A stretch of DNA of 32,000 nt, taken from the NCBI GenBank assembly GCA_001552015.1, contig CP010514.1, positions 240,001-272,000 of the forward strand, read 5' to 3'. The notes under the pieces were generated by a model. The model worked only from the letters and a program-made list of their open reading frames with translations. It ran no database searches and was not told the DNA's origin. Below are positions 1 through 9,173 of this stretch, piece by piece. Origin of the DNA: Candidatus Nanopusillus acidilobi. Its GTDB lineage: Archaea; Nanobdellota; Nanobdellia; Nanobdellales; Nanobdellaceae. Numbering within the stretch: position 1 is the stretch's first letter; every line of letters begins with the position of its first letter. Position numbers and translations under genes: made by a program.

Positions 1-1013
1 AATAATTTAACAGGTATTTCTTTTATATATTTTGAAATTTCATATTCTCTCTTTATTCTTTTTGAAATTTCTTGAAATGGTAATGGTAGATTTTTATTAT
101 AATCCCATGCAACAATCTCTCCTTCAACAACTACTTCATTATTTTTTATATTATTTAATATCAATTCTACTATATCTGGAAAAGATTTTGTTACATCCTT
201 TAGTCTCCTAGTAAATATTTTTACCTCATTTCCTTTTTTATGTATTTGTGCCCTTATTCCATCAAACTTAAATTCAAATGCTGCAGGAGAAAAATTATTA
301 AATACATCTTGGAAATTATTTGCCTTTTCTGCAAGCATTGGTTTAAATGGGTGAAATAATCTAATATTAACATTTTCAATATTTTTTGGATTATCAAATA
401 AATATTCTGATAGAACTCCAATATCTCCAATTATTGCATGCGCAATTTTAATTTTTTCATCATCAATACTATATATATAGGATAAACAATCTTCAATTGT
501 TCCTTCTAATACTCCATATCTCATATCTCCTTGTAAAATTCTTGTTAACAATTTTGCTTCTAAAGGTGATAAATTTTTATATATTCCTTCTAGATATAAT
601 ATTCTTTTTTCTCTAGACCCTTCCCCTTCCAAATTTTCAATTTTCTTTAATTCATTATATATATCAATTATTGTATATTTTTTGGCAAACCATTTGTTTA
701 ATTTTATATTTCCTTTTTCATAAATAATTTTAACAGCTTCTCCTAAGTCTCCGGATTTTTTATATAATAAACTTAATTCCTTAATATTTACTCCTAAATT
801 TTTTAATACATTTACAATTGTACTTATAGATATATTTAATTTTCTTTCAATCCATTCTTCTTCAGTATTTCCCAAAATTAACCAAATAGTTATTTTTAAT
901 TCATTTTTATCTAAAGACTTTATAAATCTAGATAAAACATCAATTTTCAAAGATTTTTCATTAATTTTCTCAACTTTTTCTAATACTTCTGCTAATTCGT
1001 AGAAATATTTCAT
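1..1013 (-). CDS. lig: ATP-dependent DNA ligase, partial (C-terminus beyond window edge)
   Basis: Hand translation of the minus strand from ATG at 1013 (not in ORF track): MKYFYELAEVLEKVEKINEKSLKIDVLSRFIKSL...RGDM-like ILQGDMRYGVLEGTIED...FKPMLAEKANDF...AAFEFKFDGIRAQIHKKGNEVKIFTRRLKDVTKSFPDI...VVEGEIVAWDYNKNLPLPFQEISKRIKREYEISKYIKEIPVKLF. Contains the ligase KxDGxR nucleotidylation motif (KFDGIR) and the EGEIVAWD and LPFQE motifs. Confidence 0.95.
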   Translation of the reverse strand, partial: MKYFYELAEVLEKVEKINEKSLKIDVLSRFIKSLDKNELKITIWLILGNTEEEWIERKLNISISTIVNVLKNLGVNIKELSLLYKKSGDLGEAVKIIYEKGNIKLNKWFAKKYTIIDIYNELKKIENLEGEGSREKRILYLEGIYKNLSPLEAKLLTRILQGDMRYGVLEGTIEDCLSYIYSIDDEKIKIAHAIIGDIGVLSEYLFDNPKNIENVNIRLFHPFKPMLAEKANNFQDVFNNFSPAAFEFKFDGIRAQIHKKGNEVKIFTRRLKDVTKSFPDIVELILNNIKNNEVVVEGEIVAWDYNKNLPLPFQEISKRIKREYEISKYIKEIPVKL

Positions 1014-1052
1014 TATATTTAATATAAAAATGTTTAATCTTATATATCAAAT

Positions 1053-3653
1053 ATGAATATTGATGATTTAAAAAATGTTTTTGAAAAAGAGTTTAAAGAT
1101 TATATAGTTGGAATTAAATTAATTAATAATAAAAGTGCTGAATTTGATAATTTTGAATTTTATAATAAAGAATTAAATGAATATTTAAATTCTAGAAACT
1201 TTAAATTATATAAACATCAAGCTGAGGCATTAAATTTATTATATAAAAATAAAAATCTAATTGTAACAACTCCAACAGCTTCTGGAAAATCTCATATATT
1301 TAGATTATATATTATTGATAATATATTAAAATATCCAAATAAAACATTTTTATTAATTTATCCATTGAGAGCATTATTATATGATCAGTATGAAAAATTT
1401 GAAGAATTAATAAAAGATTTTGAAAATTATACAAATAAAAAATTAAATATTAAGATGAAGTTTATTTTGGGAGATTTAACATATAGTGAAAAGGAAAAAA
1501 TAATAAGGGAAAGACCAAATTTAATATTAACTACAATTGATAATTTACATTTATATATATTAAAAAATCATGATAAATTATTTTATTTCTTTAGGAATTT
1601 AGATTTAATTGTTGTAGATGAATTACATTCATATAGAGGAGTATTTGGAACAAATGCTGCATATACATTTAGGAGATTAATTAGATTATTAAAATATTTC
1701 TATAAAAATAATAATTTCAAAATATTAACATTATCTGCAACATTAAGAAATCCTATAGAATTTGCAAAAAACATGTTTGATCTAGATTTTGAATTAATTG
1801 ATAAAGATTATAGTAATAAATATAGAAAATATATAATTTGTTTGGATCCAAAAAATTCAAGTTCAAGATTATTATTAAAAAGGTCAATAAGAATTTTATT
1901 AGAAAATAATATAAAGTCTTTAATATTTATTGAATCAAAGAAAGGTGTTGAATTATTAAGGTTAGAATCACAAGATTTAGATAAATATAATAAGATTTTT
2001 ACATATAAGGCAAGTTATTTAAGGGAAAAAAGAAAAGAAATTGAACAAAAATTTAAATCTGGAGAATATTTAATATTATTAACTACATCTGCATTAGAAC
2101 TTGGAATAGATATTGGGGAAATAAGATCTGTAGTAAATTATGGAATACCTAGAGACGGAATTTCTTCAATAATCCAAAGATTTGGAAGATCTGGAAGAAT
2201 TTCCGATTCAATAGATTTAATGATATTTAAAAAAGATGCACTAGATTTTTATTATTCAACAAATATAAATGAATTTTTAGATAGGATTGAAAAAAACAAA
2301 TTAGATAGTATTCCTTTAAATTTGGATAATGAAAAAGTTGTTAAAAAACATTTAAAATATTTAATAAATGAATTTGGAAGAATTGATAAAAGTATATTAA
2401 ATGATTTGGAGAAAAAATATTTAGAAGAATTGGAAAGAGAAAATATTGTATCAAAAATAAAGGATCCATTATTTGGAAAAGAATATTATAAATTAAATGG
2501 TCAAGTAATATATTCTGGATTAAGAAATATTTCAGATAAAGTATATTATATTGTAGATTTAACAAAGGAAGAAGAAGAAATGATAAGAAGAATAAAGAAA
2601 AAGGAAGGATTAATAAGAATAATAAATATGCTAAAAGGTAAAGGAAAAATTCTAGAAGAAATGGATGAACCTGCGTTTTATGATTATTTATTACCTGGAA
2701 TGGTATATTACTCTTCAGGAAAATCAATTAGAATAACAGATTATTATAGTATAGATAATGTTACATTTGTATTCTTTAGACCAGAATTTTCAAATATAGA
2801 GACAAGTCCAATATATTATGAAGATGTAAAAATAATTAATACAATAGATAAAAAAGTAATAAATGATTGGGAAATATATTTAGGAGAAATAAAAGTAAAA
2901 AAAGAATTTGTTGGATATATAGAAAAATATAAAATGGGAGAAAATTATGCACAAAATATAAATTATTATGAAAAAAGCATAAATTATGAATTTAATACAA
3001 AAGCAATATGGATTGTAATACCAGAAAGATATCAGAGGGAATTGGAAAGTATTTATTATAATTTCTTTTTAGATAAATTAAAAAAGTATATTGAAAAGAA
3101 AAAATATAATATAAATGTTGATGAAATATTAAATTTTTCTTCTACTATAAGTAAAGATTTCTTTTATGAAAAATATAGAGGGTTAGCAAGTAAAAAAATA
3201 AAAGAAATAATTGGAGAATTTTTAGAAAGGAATTATGGAATAAAAGATAATATATTAGTATTTTTAGTTAAGAAAATTGTTGATTATGAATCTTCATTTA
3301 GATCAGGATTGCATGCAATAGAGCATAATATAATAAAAATATCTCCTGTTGTAACATTTGTAGATTCGCAAGAACTTGGCGGATATTCTTATCCAATTCA
3401 TCCACAAACAAATAAACCAACAATATTTATATATGAAGGATATGAATCTGGTGTTGGTTTAGCAGAAATATTATATAATAATATAGAAAAATTAATTAAA
3501 AAATCTATAATATCTTTAAATAAATGTAAATGTATTGATGGATGTCCTAGATGTGTATATTCTTCTAAATGCGGAAATTATAATGAATATTTAGATAAAT
3601 ATTCTGGAAGATTTATATATAAAATATTTTTAAATACTAAAAAATCTAATTGA
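1053..3653 (+). CDS. DEAD/DEAH superfamily 2 helicase with C-terminal DUF1998-like four-Cys domain (YprA/MrfA/Hrq1-like)
   Basis: Walker A-like TTPTASGKSH, DELH box (VVDELHSYRG), LSATL, QRFGRSGR motif VI; C-terminal GLHAIEH and CKCIDGCPRCVYSSKC cysteine cluster. Confidence 0.9.
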   Translation: MNIDDLKNVFEKEFKDYIVGIKLINNKSAEFDNFEFYNKELNEYLNSRNFKLYKHQAEALNLLYKNKNLIVTTPTASGKSHIFRLYIIDNILKYPNKTFLLIYPLRALLYDQYEKFEELIKDFENYTNKKLNIKMKFILGDLTYSEKEKIIRERPNLILTTIDNLHLYILKNHDKLFYFFRNLDLIVVDELHSYRGVFGTNAAYTFRRLIRLLKYFYKNNNFKILTLSATLRNPIEFAKNMFDLDFELIDKDYSNKYRKYIICLDPKNSSSRLLLKRSIRILLENNIKSLIFIESKKGVELLRLESQDLDKYNKIFTYKASYLREKRKEIEQKFKSGEYLILLTTSALELGIDIGEIRSVVNYGIPRDGISSIIQRFGRSGRISDSIDLMIFKKDALDFYYSTNINEFLDRIEKNKLDSIPLNLDNEKVVKKHLKYLINEFGRIDKSILNDLEKKYLEELERENIVSKIKDPLFGKEYYKLNGQVIYSGLRNISDKVYYIVDLTKEEEEMIRRIKKKEGLIRIINMLKGKGKILEEMDEPAFYDYLLPGMVYYSSGKSIRITDYYSIDNVTFVFFRPEFSNIETSPIYYEDVKIINTIDKKVINDWEIYLGEIKVKKEFVGYIEKYKMGENYAQNINYYEKSINYEFNTKAIWIVIPERYQRELESIYYNFFLDKLKKYIEKKKYNINVDEILNFSSTISKDFFYEKYRGLASKKIKEIIGEFLERNYGIKDNILVFLVKKIVDYESSFRSGLHAIEHNIIKISPVVTFVDSQELGGYSYPIHPQTNKPTIFIYEGYESGVGLAEILYNNIEKLIKKSIISLNKCKCIDGCPRCVYSSKCGNYNEYLDKYSGRFIYKIFLNTKKSN

Positions 3654-3657
3654 TTTT

Positions 3658-3864
3658 ATGAAAGGATTGACACATGGTAGTGCATTTGCAGCTGCATTAC
3701 TAATAGCAGTATTATTACTGGTTGGATACTCATATTTTATATATCATAATTTTATTGGAGGATTTTATGATTTTGTAACAATATTCCAAAGTTATCCTAT
3801 ACAGGCAATTATAATATTTATTATAGGACTAATGATTGGATATCTTCAGGGTAAGGCATACTAA
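3658..3864 (+). CDS. small two-TM membrane protein, unknown function
   Basis: ORF starting 4 bp after the helicase stop; two hydrophobic segments, short C-terminus. Confidence 0.6.
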   Translation: MKGLTHGSAFAAALLIAVLLLVGYSYFIYHNFIGGFYDFVTIFQSYPIQAIIIFIIGLMIGYLQGKAY

Positions 3865-3897
3865 TATATATTTAAAATTTTTTTGGAATTATAATGA

Positions 3898-4644
3898 ATG
3901 AAGGTAACCTTTCCACAAGCTAAAGAGATTAAAAATATATTACCAGCAATAGTAAGCTTTTTATCAGAAGGAACATTTAAAGCAAATAAGGATGGTATAT
4001 TTTTATCATCATTGGATCCAGCAAATGTTGCAGTAATATTATTGGATATGTATCCAAATATGTTTACAGAATATGATGTACAAGATGAAGAAAAATTTAC
4101 AATAAATTTAGAAGATTTAAAGAAAATAATGACAAAAGTTGCATTAAAGAATCAAATATCATGGGAAATAGATAAAGAAAAGAATAAATTTATTTTAACT
4201 GTATATGGAAAAGCTAAAAAATTATTTACATTGCCATTAATAGAATCTGAGGGATCTTTTATGGATTTGCCAAACTTAGAATTACCTGTAAAAGTTGAGA
4301 TGGATTCAAAAGCATTCTATGATATAATAGACTCTGCAAAAGTAATTGCAGATGAAGTAAAAGTTGTTGCAGATCCTGATGGTCCAAAGGTATCATTTAT
4401 TGCTGAAGGTGAATTAAAAGATATGAGAATTGATCTAACTCCACAAGATGAAAGTGTATTATCTATGGAAGTTCCATCAAAAGCAATGGCAAGATATTCT
4501 ATAGATTATTTATATAAATTATCTAAAGTAGCAAGAATATCTGATACATTAACATTTAAATTGGACTCTGGAAAGCCAATATGGATTGATTATAAGTCAA
4601 CTGATAAATTTAGATTTGGATTTGTATTAGCTCCAAGAGAATAA
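3898..4644 (+). CDS. pcn: DNA polymerase sliding clamp (PCNA)
   Basis: Full-length 248-aa protein with PCNA-like features: ANKDGIFLSSLDPANVAVILLDM, LPNLELPVKVEMDSKAFYDII, FGFVLAPRE C-terminus. Confidence 0.95.
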   Translation: MKVTFPQAKEIKNILPAIVSFLSEGTFKANKDGIFLSSLDPANVAVILLDMYPNMFTEYDVQDEEKFTINLEDLKKIMTKVALKNQISWEIDKEKNKFILTVYGKAKKLFTLPLIESEGSFMDLPNLELPVKVEMDSKAFYDIIDSAKVIADEVKVVADPDGPKVSFIAEGELKDMRIDLTPQDESVLSMEVPSKAMARYSIDYLYKLSKVARISDTLTFKLDSGKPIWIDYKSTDKFRFGFVLAPRE

Positions 4645-4840
4645 TCTGTTTTTTTAATATTTGCCCCAATTTTAAATTTGTTGGGTAAATACTATATTTT
4701 GGATATATACCTATGGGGTATGTAATATTGTAAAATAAAAATGCGTGTGATTAAAATCTCAAAGTATTTTTACGATAAGATCTCGTTCTCATCAGTCAAA
4801 ATATGAAAAATTTATAAGGGAGTTTAATAATATATATTTT

Positions 4841-5083
4841 ATGGCAAGAGGAGAGAGGGGAATTCCAATGGCTGTAGTTGAAAGGATCCTAAAGCAAAAG
4901 GGTGAACAAGCAGGAGTAACAAGAGTATCAGATAAAGCAATTAGATACCTAAAACAAGAATTAGAAGATATAGCATTAGAAGTTGCAAAAGAAGCAGTTT
5001 CATTGGCAAATCATGGAAAAAGGACAACTGTAAAGAGGGAAGATATACAATTAGCAACAAAACAAATATTCAAGAAGATGTAA
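4841..5083 (+). CDS. archaeal histone
   Basis: 80 aa histone fold: ...ARVERILK-like AVVERILKQKG...TRVSDKAIRYLKQELEDIALEVAKEAVSLANHGKRTTVKREDIQLATKQIF. Confidence 0.95.
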   Translation: MARGERGIPMAVVERILKQKGEQAGVTRVSDKAIRYLKQELEDIALEVAKEAVSLANHGKRTTVKREDIQLATKQIFKKM

Positions 5084-5148
5084 AGGCTTTATAATAATTT
5101 TATTTTTCTTTCTTCTATATTTTTAAATATAAATTGTTATAATATTTT

Positions 5149-5760
5149 ATGGAAACAATGAGCTTAGCTTCTTTAGAAGAAGAAATATATTTGAGAGGAT
5201 TAACAGGATATATTGTAGCAAAAAGAATATTTGATGGATATAAGAATATAGCAATAATAACATATCCAGATAGAGTATGTTCTTCTCTATCATCTTCTTT
5301 AGTATCTTCCCTAATATCAAAACAAGGATATAGAGATAAAATAGCAAAAATATATTTATATGATGATAATAAGTTGAATGATATAGCAAAAGATATTGTA
5401 AAAAATAATTTTGATTCTGTATTTATTGCATATGGTGGTGAACAAAAGATATCATATGTATCAGAAATAACAAAGAAAACAATATTGGCATTAAAAAATG
5501 CTGGATATAAAAATTCATTGTTAATCCATGTAAGAATTTGGATTGCAACAAAACAATTATCAGAAATATTGAATGATGAAATAAGAGAATATCTAAAATC
5601 TTTAAAAGAAATAAGAGTATTTACAGCAGATTTGCAAAATAAATTATTTATATTTCATAAAGTAAAGATAGATAATGAAATAAAATTAGAAAAATATGCA
5701 GAAGAAAAAATTACAGATGAGCATGTAGAATTATTAAAGAAATCTGTTCCTCCCAAATAA
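5149..5760 (+). CDS. hypothetical protein, 203 aa
   Basis: Long ORF in a gene gap; family not recognised by eye. Confidence 0.7.
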   Translation: METMSLASLEEEIYLRGLTGYIVAKRIFDGYKNIAIITYPDRVCSSLSSSLVSSLISKQGYRDKIAKIYLYDDNKLNDIAKDIVKNNFDSVFIAYGGEQKISYVSEITKKTILALKNAGYKNSLLIHVRIWIATKQLSEILNDEIREYLKSLKEIRVFTADLQNKLFIFHKVKIDNEIKLEKYAEEKITDEHVELLKKSVPPK

Positions 5761-5800
5761 TTTTTTAATATTTATAAATTATAATATATTTTTTAAATTA

Positions 5801-6466
5801 ATGGAATATAAAATTGAAGGAAATAGTATACAACATATTATAATCAATTTAAATCCAGGAGAATCTGTATATGTTAATCCGGGGCATTTAATATGGAAAT
5901 CTTCTACAGTAAATGTAAATGCAGTTGTTCAAGGAGGAATATTTTCTGGTATTGGTAGAAAGCTTACAGGTTCTTCTTTCTTTGTTCTAAAGTTAACAGG
6001 CCCTGGAATGGTAGATTTAACTGGATATGTACCTGGTAAGATTGTTGAAATAAATTTAAATAATTATGAAATATTTGTTGAATATAGAGGATTTTTGGCT
6101 GCAGAATCTAGTGTAAAATATAATGCAGCTCTAACAAGATTGGGATTTGGAATACTTGCAGGAGAAGGACTATTAATGGCAAAATTTTCAGGAATTGGTA
6201 AATTATTTTTACATGCTCCAGGAGATATTTTACAATTAAATTTAAATGCAGGGCAATCTATAGATGTAGAGGCAGGTCATGTTTTAGCTTATACTGCTGG
6301 TACTAAGGTATCATTTAAAAGAGTAGGAGGAATTAAAGCAATGTTTCTAGGTGGTGAAGGATTATTCTTTGCACATTTAGAAGGACCAGGTTTTGTATGG
6401 ATTAGAACTTTGAGTAGATTGCAATTAATAGAAGGATTAATGCCTGAATTATCTAGATTTAAATAA
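5801..6466 (+). CDS. AIM24/TIGR00266 (DUF124) family protein
   Basis: Glycine-rich beta protein: GGIFSGIGRKLTGSSFFVLKLTGPG...LHAPGDILQLNLNAGQSIDVEAGHVLAYT...GGEGLFFAHLEGPGFVWIRTL, typical of the family. Confidence 0.85.
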   Translation: MEYKIEGNSIQHIIINLNPGESVYVNPGHLIWKSSTVNVNAVVQGGIFSGIGRKLTGSSFFVLKLTGPGMVDLTGYVPGKIVEINLNNYEIFVEYRGFLAAESSVKYNAALTRLGFGILAGEGLLMAKFSGIGKLFLHAPGDILQLNLNAGQSIDVEAGHVLAYTAGTKVSFKRVGGIKAMFLGGEGLFFAHLEGPGFVWIRTLSRLQLIEGLMPELSRFK

Positions 6467-7092
6467 AGATTTATAATATTTACAATATTTATTTATTTTA
6501 CATATATTACATTTTGGATTAATAGGTTTACATATATTTCTTCCAAATAAAACAAACAAAAAATTAATTTTATTATAATATTCTTTTGGTATAACCTTAT
6601 ATAATTCCATTTCAGTCTCTTCAGGATTTTTTGTTTTTACTAATCCAATTCTGTTTGATATTCTATGAACATGTGTATCTACTGCAATATAATTTTTATT
6701 ACATACAATTATTAAATATACATTTGCAATCTTTCTTCCAACTCCAGGTAAAGATCTAATATATTCTTCATCGCAATATTTATTATAATCCCATTTTTCG
6801 GCAATTTCTTTAATCCATTTTGCTTTATTATTATATAATCCAATATCCTTTATTGTATCCTTTATTTCTTCTAAAGATGCATTTCTAATATCTTCAACTT
6901 TATTATATTTATTAAATAATCTTTCAGAAACTTCCAATGTTTTTTCTTCCCTTACTCTTATAGATAATAATATGTTATTAATACCTTAAATGGATCCTTA
7001 TATTTTTCCCAAATATATGGGGATGCAAGTTTTTCATTTATATTATTTTCCTTTAATGTTTCTTCAATTCCATTAATTATTTCTTTTATCAT
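6449..7092 (-). pseudogene. nth: endonuclease III (Nth), reading frame split by an apparent -1 frameshift near 6970-6976
   Basis: The called ORF 6449..6937 has LPGVGRKIAN, VDTHVHRISNR and the C-x6-C-x2-C-x5-C Fe-S motif (CKPINPKCNICKINKYC) but lacks its N-terminus. Upstream minus frame from ATG 7092 gives MIKEIINGIEETLKENNINEKLASPYIWEKYKDPFKVLIT; shifting -1 continues as ILLSIRVREEKTLEVSERLFNKY, together matching the canonical Nth N-terminus (DPFKVLIxTILSxRTRDE). May be a real pseudogene, a functional frameshifted gene or an assembly error. Confidence 0.8.
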
Positions 7093-8308
7093 AATCTTCA
7101 GGATAAATTATAACTTTTTTGCCTTTTTCAAATAAATCATATATATATTTATTATTTTCTTCAATAAAATCTCTATCTATATTTGATAATAAATTATATA
7201 CTTTATTGAAATATTGATCATAATCCATATTTAATATTTTTATCAAATATGGATCTGTTTCTATCCTTTTTAATATGTTTTCCTTTCTAAGATTATAATT
7301 AAATTTATATATATTTGATCTTGCTTTTTTATATTTGTCATCTATATTTTTTAAGTTATCTAAAAATTCTTCAATTGCTTTATTTATTATTTTTTCTTTA
7401 TCGATTTGAAATCCTGGTATTATTAGTGAATATATAATTTCATCATCATAGAAATTCGATAAAGAAAGCGAAGGAGAATATCCTATACCATATTTATTTC
7501 TAAATATTTCAAATATTTTTGAAGATGCTCCTAAATTATAAAATTCTGTTAATGCATCAATTAATATTATATTTTTAATATCACTATTTATATTAATACT
7601 ATAATATATTTGTTGTATATTTTTCATTTTTATTATTATATCTTTTCCTTCTCCCTTATTTGGATTTTTCAATTTTATATTATCTCCTTCCAATCTGGAA
7701 AAATATTTCTTGACAATTTCAATATCTTTATCACTTATATTCCCTTCTAAAAATATTGAAATATTTTTTGGAGAGTAGTATTTATATTTAAATTCCTCTA
7801 ATGTATCCTTTGTTATATTATTAACCGTTTCAATATATCCTCCTACAGGATCCCCATAATCAGAATCTCCATAAACAGATTTTGATAAGTTATCATTCAA
7901 ACTTACTGTTGGGTCATCTTCTCTCATCATTATTTCTGTTTTTACGACATTTTTCTCATTTTCAAATTCATTATTATCATATTTATCATTTTCAAACATC
8001 CAATAAAATAAGTCCACAATATTTTCAAATCCTTCTTTCATTACTGCAGCAAAATATAGAGTATAATTATAATAAGTCATTGCATTATGAATTGATCCAT
8101 TTTCTTCAAATAATAGATGTATTTGATTTTTGTTATATTTTTTATTAGATTGAAACATCATATGTTCCAGTAAATGGGAAATTCCCCTAAATTCTTTATC
8201 CTCAAATATTGATCCAATGTTTACTAATATTCCTATTGCAATATTCTCATTTCTAAATGGTACTTTATATAATTTTATTCCATTATCCAAGATTTCATAA
8301 TCAACCAT
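7073..8308 (-). CDS. M16 family (inverted zincin) metallopeptidase-like protein
   Basis: HLLEHMMFQ (HxxEH) zinc motif followed about 75 residues later by ENEKNVVKTEI, the third-ligand Glu region; single-domain length 411 aa. Confidence 0.88.
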   Translation of the reverse strand: MVDYEILDNGIKLYKVPFRNENIAIGILVNIGSIFEDKEFRGISHLLEHMMFQSNKKYNKNQIHLLFEENGSIHNAMTYYNYTLYFAAVMKEGFENIVDLFYWMFENDKYDNNEFENEKNVVKTEIMMREDDPTVSLNDNLSKSVYGDSDYGDPVGGYIETVNNITKDTLEEFKYKYYSPKNISIFLEGNISDKDIEIVKKYFSRLEGDNIKLKNPNKGEGKDIIIKMKNIQQIYYSININSDIKNIILIDALTEFYNLGASSKIFEIFRNKYGIGYSPSLSLSNFYDDEIIYSLIIPGFQIDKEKIINKAIEEFLDNLKNIDDKYKKARSNIYKFNYNLRKENILKRIETDPYLIKILNMDYDQYFNKVYNLLSNIDRDFIEENNKYIYDLFEKGKKVIIYPEDYDKRNN

Positions 8309-8397
8309 TAATATAATTTATTAGTATTATGTTTATGTTTTTTAGATAAAATATTCAATGGTAATATATATAAGTAATTCAAATTAATAATAATTTT

Positions 8398-8799
8398 ATG
8401 CCAGAGATACAAGTTAAGAAGGTTATTGATTTAAAGAAAGGATCATATATATGGTATAATAATGAAGTATGGGAAGTATTAGAAATGGAAACTGCAAAGA
8501 CAGGAAAGCATGGTTCTGCAAAGGCTAGAATTTTAATAAGATCTGTTGTATCTGGAAAGACTACCGAGTTAGTAAAACCAACACAAGATCCAATAGAAGT
8601 TCCTGTTATAAATAAAATAAAGGGACAGGTTATTGCAAAAATATCGGATGATAAATATACAATAATGGATTTAGATACATATGAAACATTTGATGCAAAG
8701 GTATTGGATGAGAATTTAAAAGGTAAGATACAGGAAGGACAAAAAGTTTTAGTTTGGGATGTTGGAGAAAGAATAATTGTACAGGCATTTAGAGAATAA
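8398..8799 (+). CDS. eif5A: translation initiation factor 5A (aIF5A)
   Basis: VKKVIDLKKGSYI...EVLEMETAKTGKHGSAKARI: hypusination-site TGKHG loop and full-length 133 aa. Confidence 0.96.
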   Translation: MPEIQVKKVIDLKKGSYIWYNNEVWEVLEMETAKTGKHGSAKARILIRSVVSGKTTELVKPTQDPIEVPVINKIKGQVIAKISDDKYTIMDLDTYETFDAKVLDENLKGKIQEGQKVLVWDVGERIIVQAFRE

Positions 8800-9173
8800 T
8801 GGCTTTATTAGATCTTATAGATAAATTTAAGTATAAAATAAGAGATAAAAGTATAGACATATTTTTTGATGATGAAAGTGAAAAATTAAAAATATCAAAG
8901 TTTATTGAAGATATTACTCCAGAAAGTTTAAGAAAATATATAAAATCATCTTTGAGATATTCATTTCCAGAAACAATAGAAGATCTTTATGGATCATATT
9001 TAGTAAATACAGGAACACTTTTTTTATTATTAGGATTATTAAGCAATAATTATATATTTGATCATTTATTATATGTAGCCTTAGGATATTCTTCTTCAAT
9101 AATTATTTCTACACTTTATTATAAGAATGATAAATTTAGAAAAGTAGCTAAAAGGGTTACTCCATATACTTAA
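8799..9173 (+). CDS. hypothetical membrane protein, 124 aa
   Basis: ORF overlapping the eIF5A stop (TAATGG); two hydrophobic segments near the C-terminus. Confidence 0.55.
   Translation: MALLDLIDKFKYKIRDKSIDIFFDDESEKLKISKFIEDITPESLRKYIKSSLRYSFPETIEDLYGSYLVNTGTLFLLLGLLSNNYIFDHLLYVALGYSSSIIISTLYYKNDKFRKVAKRVTPYT

Noticed and set aside
2341-2727. Minus-strand 128-aa ORF
   Set aside because: Leu/Phe/Ile-rich antisense of the helicase coding region; typical AT-rich shadow ORF.
4741-4800. Possible second C/D box sRNA on the minus strand (CTGATGAGAACGAG...)
   Set aside because: Only a C-box-like sequence; no CTGA D or D' box at archaeal spacing, so not called as a feature.
5147-5389. Minus-strand 80-aa ORF
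   Set aside because: Antisense inside the 5149..5760 gene, hydrophobic low-complexity shadow ORF.
7882-8148. Plus-strand 88-aa ORF
   Set aside because: Antisense to the HxxEH region of the M16-like peptidase; His-rich shadow of a real gene.
8914-9099. Minus-strand 61-aa ORF
   Set aside because: Antisense within 8799..9173 with no recognisable features.
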